From Thermoguttaceae bacterium (lineage in GTDB: Bacteria; Planctomycetota; Planctomycetia; Pirellulales; Thermoguttaceae), in NCBI GenBank assembly GCA_049516935.1, contig JBEKSO010000001.1:1-40088 (forward strand): a stretch of 40,088 bases of DNA, read 5' to 3'. The notes beneath the pieces are model-generated. The model worked only from the letters and a program-made list of their open reading frames with translations. It was not told the DNA's origin and made no database searches. Positions 34,257 to 40,088 of the stretch are shown here, in pieces. Position 1 is the stretch's first letter. Each line of letters opens with the position of its first letter. The translations under genes and the position numbers were made by a program.

Positions 34257-35120
34257 TTATTTTGCCGCCACGGGGGGCGCTTTAGGAGAAATTCCGGCCT
34301 GATCTTCTTCCGTGTTTTTAAGCCATTCGTTTAAAAGCCGAATCTCCACGCGCGAGTTCTTTTCGCCATAAGCCGGCGCGCTCAGCGTATCGGCAGGCTC
34401 ATTTTCGGCCGCCACCCCCAGGCGTATGCGCCGCGGGTCGATGCCGTGCGACTGGAGATAATCGCGCACGGCACGGCATCGGGCGTAGGCCAGATCGAGA
34501 TGGTCGAGAAATGTCGAGCCCGCGGGCAACGGTTGCCGGGAAGTGTGTCCGCGGATTTCGATTTTTTGCAATTTGCCCGCAAGCGACTCGGCCACGAAAT
34601 TCAGATCCGCTTTTTGCGAGTCATCCAGTTTGGCCGAAAATTCGTTGAAATAGACTCGTCCGCCGGGCACAGTCGATTCGCCCGGCCTGCTTATCACCAA
34701 AGTGACGCTGCTTTCGCCGTTAATCTGGCCGCGGCCCAGAGTTTTTGCCCGTTTGTCGCCCGGTTTGGCCCTCAGTTCGGCCGGCACCCGGCCCTCGAGG
34801 GCGGTGGGCCCGCCGATCCAGCAATTGGCCAGCGTCCAGTTCGGTCCGAACCGATCGCACAAAGAGCTAAACACCTCCTTTAGTTTTTCATTTTGTTCAT
34901 CGAGATTGCCGCCCTGGCCCTTTTCACCGCCGGGATTTTCTTTTTTGACCTCGGTTTTGCTGTCGGAGGCGGAATGTCCCTTGTCGTGTTTCCCCGCGCC
35001 GCTGGTGGTGGCATAGAGCACGACAAAGAAGGCCATCACAATGGTGATCATGTCGGCGTAGGATACCATCCATTCGGGCGCTCCGCCTTCGGATGACGGT
35101 GGTGGGGGTTTTTTCGACAT
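34257..35120 (-). CDS. motB: flagellar-motor-type stator protein MotB (OmpA-like peptidoglycan-binding C-terminus)
   Basis: PEWMVSYADMITIVMAFFVVLYA is the single TM with the conserved proton-binding Asp in the YAD context. The C-terminal OmpA-like block is IEIRGHTS...AYARCRAVRDYL...RIRLGVAAENEP. It lies 4 nt downstream of motA. Confidence 0.8.
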   Translation of the reverse strand: MSKKPPPPSSEGGAPEWMVSYADMITIVMAFFVVLYATTSGAGKHDKGHSASDSKTEVKKENPGGEKGQGGNLDEQNEKLKEVFSSLCDRFGPNWTLANCWIGGPTALEGRVPAELRAKPGDKRAKTLGRGQINGESSVTLVISRPGESTVPGGRVYFNEFSAKLDDSQKADLNFVAESLAGKLQKIEIRGHTSRQPLPAGSTFLDHLDLAYARCRAVRDYLQSHGIDPRRIRLGVAAENEPADTLSAPAYGEKNSRVEIRLLNEWLKNTEEDQAGISPKAPPVAAK

Positions 35121-35124
35121 CGCC

Positions 35125-35916
35125 TTATGCCGTTGCTTCCATGAAAGGCCGCATCTTCGGCGGCAAGAATGTAATCAGCTTCTGCTCGACCACCCGGGGA
35201 CTATCGCCGGCCTGGATCGACAATACGCCGCGGAGCACAATCTCTTTTATCAGCACCTCCTCGTGATTGAGGCAGGCAAGTTTTTCAGCCATTGGAATAC
35301 AAATTAAATTGGCGGTCACGGCCCCATATAGCGTTCCGATCAAGGCCACGGCCATGGAAGGGCCGATCGACGCCGCGTTCGACAGGTTGCCCAGCATCAT
35401 CACCAAGCCCAAAAGCGTGGCGATCATTCCAAACGCCGGACCGCAGCGCCCGATGGTCTCCAACACTTTCCGCCCTTCGTTGTGCCGGGTTTCCATGGAG
35501 TCGATTTCCGTGCGCATGATTTCCTCGACGATCTCGGGCTTGATTCCATCGACGGCCATCCGAATACCCAAGGCCACGAACGGATCTTTAATGTCCTTGG
35601 TCTTGTTTTCCAGGGCCAATAGTCCCTCGCGGCGGGCGACTTCCGCCAATTTGACCACGCCTTGAATCAACTCGGATGGATTTTCCTTTTTACGGAAGAA
35701 AAGTTTTTTCGCGACGGGGAACATGGAAAGCACGCGGTGCAAGGGAAAACCCACCAGCATAACCGCAGTGCCCCCGCCCAAGACCATCATGATCGCGGGC
35801 GGGTCGATGAAGCCGGCCAAATTCACGCCCCCATCGCCGCTCATTCCCATGAAGGCCACGGCGCAGCCCATCATCAGAAATCCGAGTATCAGCCCGCCTA
35901 TGGTGGTGACATCCAT
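35125..35916 (-). CDS. motA: flagellar-motor-type stator protein MotA/PomA (MotA/TolQ/ExbB proton-channel family)
   Basis: 263 aa with a 4-TM layout, a cytoplasmic charged loop (ARREGLLALE), GPAFGMIATLLGLV and LICIPMAEKL (conserved Pro positions), and a C-terminal GDSPRVVEQKL. Confidence 0.8.
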   Translation of the reverse strand: MDVTTIGGLILGFLMMGCAVAFMGMSGDGGVNLAGFIDPPAIMMVLGGGTAVMLVGFPLHRVLSMFPVAKKLFFRKKENPSELIQGVVKLAEVARREGLLALENKTKDIKDPFVALGIRMAVDGIKPEIVEEIMRTEIDSMETRHNEGRKVLETIGRCGPAFGMIATLLGLVMMLGNLSNAASIGPSMAVALIGTLYGAVTANLICIPMAEKLACLNHEEVLIKEIVLRGVLSIQAGDSPRVVEQKLITFLPPKMRPFMEATA

Positions 35917-36228
35917 TGCTCATCCTTTGTTGCCCCTTTACAACCAGGTGTGCGCTCAACGAATTCAGGGAATCCTCCGCTTAACCGGGATTCCCCTGGA
36001 AGATATAGCTTTTATTCAACATCAAGCCAGATGGGAAGATGCAAAAAGTGTACTTTACCCGTGAAAATGCCGGAATAATCGGCAATTTCCCTACGATAAG
36101 CGACGACTGGCCTAGGGCCCCTGCTTTGCTAAGTCCTAGGCAACAAACACCGCGAGTTTCTTTCAGCCCTTCCAATTGGGTCGTAGTAAATTAAAATACG
36201 TCCGTACTTACAAACCTGAGTGACCAAT

Positions 36229-37302
36229 ATGGCCAAAGCTACATATAAGGATGCCGGAGTTGATCTGGATGTTTACCGTCAGGCGATGGCCCGGCTGCCT
36301 GGGCTTTTGTCGCGGACTTGCACGCCCAGAGTAATACCGCTGGAGGGTGGTTTCGCCGGCCTTTTTCAACTCGATTTCGAGAATAAACTCTTTTCCCGGA
36401 ATTACAAACAACCGGTGTTGGTCTCTTGCACCGACGGGGTGGGAACCAAGCTGAAAGTCGCAGCGGCCATGGGCCAGCACAACACGGTGGGCATCGACCT
36501 GGTGGCCATGAGCGTAAACGACGCCCTGTGCTGCGGGGCAGAGCCGTTGTTCTTCCTCGATTACGTGGCCATGCCCAAGGACGACCCGGACCTGTTGGAA
36601 CAGCTTGTCGAAGGCATAACGGCGGGCTGCATCCAAAGCGATTGCGCTCTGTTGGGCGGCGAAACGGCCATCCTGCCCGACATGTACGCCCCCGGCGATT
36701 ACGACCTGGCCGGTTTTTGCGTGGGCGTGGTCGATAAGAAAAATATCATCGACGGCCGCGCGATCGAACCCGACGACGTGGTCCTGGGCGTGGCATCCTC
36801 GGGCCTGCATTCCAACGGGTACAGCCTGGCGCGGAAAATCGTCTTCGACATCGCCGGTCTGTCGGTCAACGACCACGTGGAGGAACTTGGTCAAACCGCG
36901 GGCCGGGCCTTGCTCGAACCCACGATACTCTACGCCCGGCCGATTCGGCAAATCCTGAATTACTATAAGGTCAAGAACATCGTGCACGGAATCGCCCACA
37001 TCACCGGCGGCGGCCTGTGCGAGAACCTCGCCCGCATCGTGCCCGAAGACGTCCAAGTGGTTATCGATCGCGGCGCCTGGCCGGTCCCGCCGATCTTTAT
37101 CTGGCTAAAGCGCCTGGGCGAAGTCGATCAGGCCGAAATGGACCAAGTGTTCAACATGGGCATCGGGCTGGTATTGGTCGTCGCGCCGTTTTATGCCGAC
37201 AGTATCCGCCAGCAGTTAAAGCGATTTAAACTCCAAAGTTGGTCCATCGGGCGAGCGGAAAAGGGGCCGCAAGGAGTGGTTTGGGAAAAGGATGAAGGAT
37301 GA
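36229..37302 (+). CDS. purM: phosphoribosylformylglycinamidine cyclo-ligase (AIR synthetase)
   Basis: TYKDAGVDLD, GGFAGLF, SCTDGVGTKLKVA, GIDLVAMSVNDALCCGAEPLFFLDY, GGETA and HSNGYSL. The ORF-track start at 36220 is GTG; the ATG at 36229 gives MAKATYKDAGV. Confidence 0.95.
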   Translation: MAKATYKDAGVDLDVYRQAMARLPGLLSRTCTPRVIPLEGGFAGLFQLDFENKLFSRNYKQPVLVSCTDGVGTKLKVAAAMGQHNTVGIDLVAMSVNDALCCGAEPLFFLDYVAMPKDDPDLLEQLVEGITAGCIQSDCALLGGETAILPDMYAPGDYDLAGFCVGVVDKKNIIDGRAIEPDDVVLGVASSGLHSNGYSLARKIVFDIAGLSVNDHVEELGQTAGRALLEPTILYARPIRQILNYYKVKNIVHGIAHITGGGLCENLARIVPEDVQVVIDRGAWPVPPIFIWLKRLGEVDQAEMDQVFNMGIGLVLVVAPFYADSIRQQLKRFKLQSWSIGRAEKGPQGVVWEKDEG

Positions 37303-37400
37303 GAGATAAGAGATGAGGGATGAATAAATAAATCTTGGATGCGGAAGAAAATTTGAAAACTGCTTGCGGTTTCGCGATGCCTTTTCTCAACCGTTACTTA

Positions 37401-37457
37401 GCGCGGTATAAAGCCGCAAGCAAAACCCCCGGTGTATTCACCGGGGGCTAAATGTCT
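37401..37457. repeat. family-D repeat (copy D2) with perfect hairpin
   Basis: GCGCGGTATAAAGCCGCAAGCAAAA + CCCCCGGTG-TATT-CACCGGGGG + CTAAATG. Confidence 0.75.
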
Positions 37458-37525
37458 CCGGGGGCTAAATGTAACCGGGGGCTAAATGTCGCCGGGGGCT
37501 AAATGTCGCCGTGGGCTAACTGAGA
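37441..37525. repeat. 17-bp tandem repeat, 5 units (CCGGGGGCTAAATGTNN)
   Basis: Units start at 37441, 37458, 37475, 37492 and 37509. The last unit is degenerate (CCGTGGGCTAACTGAGA). Unit 1 is the right arm of the D2 hairpin. Confidence 0.9.
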
Positions 37526-37534
37526 ATCTAATCC

Positions 37535-39307
37535 CTATTTCGACGGTCCCGCATCATTCAAGGCTTTAAGCACCTGGCTTTCGCTCAATAAATCGGAAAG
37601 GACAATCGCATTACTGCTTTGCGAATTGGCGGGCCAAATGGCCAACTGAGGAATGGAATTGCAATGCAGATCGTTCAAGGCTTTTTTGATGGTGGGCGAT
37701 TGATCGGTCCAGTCGGCCAGCATGGGAACCACGCCATTGGCCTTGATGAGTTCATACACTGTATCGGTGTCGATGGCCAATTTCAGGTTGGTTTTGCAGG
37801 TTAAACACCAATCGGCCGAGAAATCGACCATCACGGTCTTGCCATCGGCCCTTGCCTGGGCCAGGGCTTGGGGCGAAAAAGGTTGCCAGGCGATTTTCGG
37901 CTGGTGAAAAAAGGCCGCGAATGCAAACCATCCTACAAGCGCGGCCACCAACGTTCCGCCCACCCATGCTGCAACTCGGGTCTGCGTGGCCGCGGTCAAA
38001 GGCGTGCGCCCGATCCACCAACAAGCGAACCACAGACCAATCAATAAAGCCAGAGTCGGAATGAAATAAGTTGCGTTTAAGGTGCTGAATAAATAAACAA
38101 CAGTGGCCAAAAGCAAGAATGCCATGAGTTGCTGCACGGTTTCCATCCAACGGCCGGGCTTGGGCAGGAAACGGATCAGTTCGGGAAAAGCCCCGATCAC
38201 AAGGTAGGGCGAGGCCATGCCCAGCCCCACCGCGCCGAATATCAAATAAGCCATATACGGCGGTTCTTGTAACAAATACCCGAACACGGGCCCTAAAAAC
38301 GGTCCGCTGCAGGGCGTCGCCAGAATTGTGGCAAATGCCCCTTTGAAAAAAGCCCCGCTCGGTCCTTCCCGGGCCTGGATTTCACTGGCCTTGCCCGATC
38401 CCACAAAACCTGGAATGGGAATTTCCCATACGCCCAGGAAGCTCAACGCCATTACAAATACCAAGGCGGTCATGAGCACCTTAAACCAGGGCAAGGTGAA
38501 TTGTTCGCCCCAGGCCCATCCGGCGGTAGCGGCCAAGGCGGCCAGCACCATGAACACGGCCATCAGTCCCAGTGAATACCAAAGGTTCAAAACGAACACG
38601 CGCGAGCGATGCTCGCCGGCCTGCTGCAAGAACGAGAAAATCTTCAAACTGATTACCGGTAAAACGCAGGGCATAATGTTCAGAATCAGGCCCCCTAAAA
38701 AAGCCCATCCCAATTTTATCCATAGCCCAAACGCCATTTTTTCGACCGGCATTTCAACGCCTTTTCCTTGTAATGCCGTAAATGCAACATCCGTGGGCGG
38801 GAGACAAGACGAGGCATCGCACGCTTGATAGCTGACCTTTCCCCCGATCCTCAGCCCGGCCGGGTCCACGCCCTGCGCAAATTCCAAGGGGGCGCACCAG
38901 GTCACAGATCCGTAATGAGTTTCGATGCTAAGCTCACCGAAGGCGTCGGGATCCTTTTCCTTTTTAGGCGGCGGCTGCGCTTGGAACTCGCCCGCCAGCC
39001 GGTATTGCGGCGATTGGGCCAACTGGATCTTCGTTCGGATCGGCCCACCGGGCTCCTGGGTTATCGAGTAAATGTGCCAGCCCTGTTTTATCTCGGCCGT
39101 GATGAACAACATGGCGGGCTCCGTTCCGGCGGGCGGGGTAAACCGAGCGTTCAGCTTGACAATGTCTTTAGCGTCATCGCCCATTGCCGGCAATTTTCCG
39201 CCTGGATTGACGTCGAACAAACTCGATTGTGCCAAAACAACCGGCGACAAACTCAAAACACACGCCGTTGCCAAACCCAAAATCCATTTCTTATAAGTCG
39301 CGTTCAT
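37535..39307 (-). CDS. thiol:disulfide interchange protein DsbD-like (N-terminal DsbD-alpha-like domain + CcdA/DsbD membrane core + C-terminal thioredoxin fold)
   Basis: YQACDASSCLPP (N-domain Cys pair); the membrane-core cysteines in ILNIMPCVLPVISLK and ILATPCSGPFLG; and the C-terminal VMVDFSADWCLTCK (CXXC). The ORF-track start at 39328 is TTG; the ATG at 39307 gives MNATYKKWILGLATACVLSL. Confidence 0.8.
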   Translation of the reverse strand: MNATYKKWILGLATACVLSLSPVVLAQSSLFDVNPGGKLPAMGDDAKDIVKLNARFTPPAGTEPAMLFITAEIKQGWHIYSITQEPGGPIRTKIQLAQSPQYRLAGEFQAQPPPKKEKDPDAFGELSIETHYGSVTWCAPLEFAQGVDPAGLRIGGKVSYQACDASSCLPPTDVAFTALQGKGVEMPVEKMAFGLWIKLGWAFLGGLILNIMPCVLPVISLKIFSFLQQAGEHRSRVFVLNLWYSLGLMAVFMVLAALAATAGWAWGEQFTLPWFKVLMTALVFVMALSFLGVWEIPIPGFVGSGKASEIQAREGPSGAFFKGAFATILATPCSGPFLGPVFGYLLQEPPYMAYLIFGAVGLGMASPYLVIGAFPELIRFLPKPGRWMETVQQLMAFLLLATVVYLFSTLNATYFIPTLALLIGLWFACWWIGRTPLTAATQTRVAAWVGGTLVAALVGWFAFAAFFHQPKIAWQPFSPQALAQARADGKTVMVDFSADWCLTCKTNLKLAIDTDTVYELIKANGVVPMLADWTDQSPTIKKALNDLHCNSIPQLAIWPANSQSSNAIVLSDLLSESQVLKALNDAGPSK

Positions 39308-39366
39308 GTATCTGATAGCCTTTATCAAAAAATTAATATAAGTCCCTTAATGTAATAACCACACTC

Positions 39367-39483
39367 AATGTAGCAGGTACTCAATGTAGCAGGCACACTC
39401 CGTGTGCCGTTTCTAGGCTCGTATTCCCTAATAAAATCTAATCATACATAAGCCGACGGCACACGGAGTGTGCCTGCTACATA
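39367..39483. repeat. family-A inverted-repeat element (copy A3)
   Basis: ATGTAGCAGGCACACTCCGTGTGCCGT (39385-39411) and its perfect 27-nt reverse complement (39457-39483). There is an extra partial arm at 39367-39380. Confidence 0.9.
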
Positions 39484-39647
39484 CATTAAAAAATAACTTA
39501 TTGCCTAAAATTAATATCAATTTTGTAAAGGTATTATATACGACAAATACCGGTTATAATAGATCTATCACCAACGGCATAGGGCGATACTTACATCAAA
39601 TTATTCAAAGTATATACACAATATTGAAAATAGCGAGGCTGAATTAT

Positions 39648-40088
39648 ATGAGAATCATATTGATGGGAAGCATCATGGCGGCGCTGTATTTTGTCTCGGC
39701 CGGATTTTCTTCGGGTTTCGCTCAAGACGCCGACGCCAAGCTCAACGCATTTTTCAAACAATATCTGGAGGAAACGTTTAAACTGCGGCCGCTGGACGCC
39801 ACGCGCCTGGGCGATCATCGTTTCGACAACCTCCTGGACGACCTTTCTCCGCAGGCCCGAAAAACCTGGATCGAGCATGCGCGAAAAACCTTGGAAGAGC
39901 TGCCCAAGCAAGTGGACTACGAGAAACTGTCGCGGGACGGAAAGATCGACTTTGAAATTTTCCAACTTCATCTCAAATCGTCCATTTGGAACGAGGAAAA
40001 CCTGCGGCCCTTTGAATTGGATCCGCGCACCTACAACACTTACATCAATGACAGCATATACATTCCGCTCACCCAGTCCACGCTGCCC
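39648..40088 (+). CDS. DUF885 family protein, N-terminal 147 codons (3' end outside the window)
   Basis: This ORF is not in the ORF track because it has no stop inside the window. My hand translation from the ATG at 39648 is MRIILMGSIMAALYFVSAGFSSGFAQDADAKLNAFFKQYLEETFKLRPLDATRLGDHRFDNLLDDLSPQARKTWIEHARKTLEELPKQVDYEKLSRDGKIDFEIF... This is a signal peptide plus the typical DUF885 N-terminal pattern (FF...P..AT.LGDHR.D..L.D.S). Confidence 0.6.
   Translation, partial: MRIILMGSIMAALYFVSAGFSSGFAQDADAKLNAFFKQYLEETFKLRPLDATRLGDHRFDNLLDDLSPQARKTWIEHARKTLEELPKQVDYEKLSRDGKIDFEIFQLHLKSSIWNEENLRPFELDPRTYNTYINDSIYIPLTQSTLP

Noticed and set aside
34257-35916. MotAB pair as a Zorya-type (ZorAB) or other defence or ExbBD/TolQR module
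   Set aside because: MotA is 263 aa with canonical stator features, whereas ZorA proteins are much longer with a long tail. There are no ZorC/D-like, TonB- or TolA-like partners nearby, and MotB carries an OmpA-like domain as in flagellar stators.
36040-36100. Sigma28-like box (GCCGATTA on the minus strand) upstream of motA
   Set aside because: There is no TAAA -35 element at the required ~15-nt spacing, and it lies ~150 nt from the start codon. This is a single half-site match only.
36208-37056. 282-aa minus-strand ORF
   Set aside because: It lies entirely antisense to purM, which has unmistakable AIR-synthetase motifs. The translation is low-complexity and Gly/Arg/His/Val/Asp-rich, as is typical of shadow ORFs in GC-rich coding DNA.
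37441-37525. Possible CRISPR array
   Set aside because: The units are 17 bp and directly abutting with no spacers, there are only 5 of them, and no cas genes are present. This is a simple tandem repeat.
39591-39971. 126-aa minus-strand ORF
   Set aside because: It is antisense to the better-supported DUF885 N-terminal coding sequence, which has a signal peptide and a family-typical motif pattern.
1-40088. tRNA, rRNA, transposase, integrase, phage, toxin-antitoxin or known defence genes
   Set aside because: I scanned intergenic regions for tRNA T-arm/acceptor signatures and the ORF track for the relevant domains, and found none. The mobile-looking sequences are all non-coding MITE/REP-type repeats.

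Overview
This 40-kb chromosomal segment reads like a Planctomycetota genome. That placement is an inference from gene content: a DUF1559 / H-X9-DG prepilin-like protein, two PEP-CTERM cargo proteins, a BBP7-like outer-membrane barrel, TAT-signal glycan enzymes and very dense palindromic intergenic repeats. I support about 20 protein-coding genes. Left to right they are: an RND efflux adaptor plus pump; a TVP38/DedA-like membrane protein; a XylR-type (sugar-binding + AraC) regulator; a DUF1559 pseudopilin-like protein; a GH127 beta-L-arabinofuranosidase-like enzyme; a 2318-aa PEP-CTERM autotransporter-repeat surface protein; a DUF3592 membrane protein; a cysteine synthase fused to a CysRS-like module; a PEP-CTERM FGE/SUMF1-domain protein; a GHL6-like hydrolase; a porin-like barrel; GlgX; a TylF-type methyltransferase; a CXXCH heme protein; MotB and MotA; PurM; a DsbD-like protein; and a DUF885 fragment at the right edge. 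I found no rRNA, tRNA, CRISPR array, transposase, integrase, phage gene or recognisable defence gene, so this looks like ordinary core or glycan-metabolism chromosome rather than an accessory island. The most unusual gene is the in-frame cysteine synthase + full-length cysteinyl-tRNA-synthetase paralog, whose HIGH and KMSKS signatures are degenerate. The most unusual non-coding content is at least four families of MITE/REP-like palindromic elements. One family supplies the stop codon of a 736-752-aa ORF (length depends on the start chosen), and another sits inside the 5' coding end of the RND pump. All protein calls rest on motifs I recognise by eye; no database search was run. Start codons are often ambiguous because the ORF track uses TTG/GTG starts.
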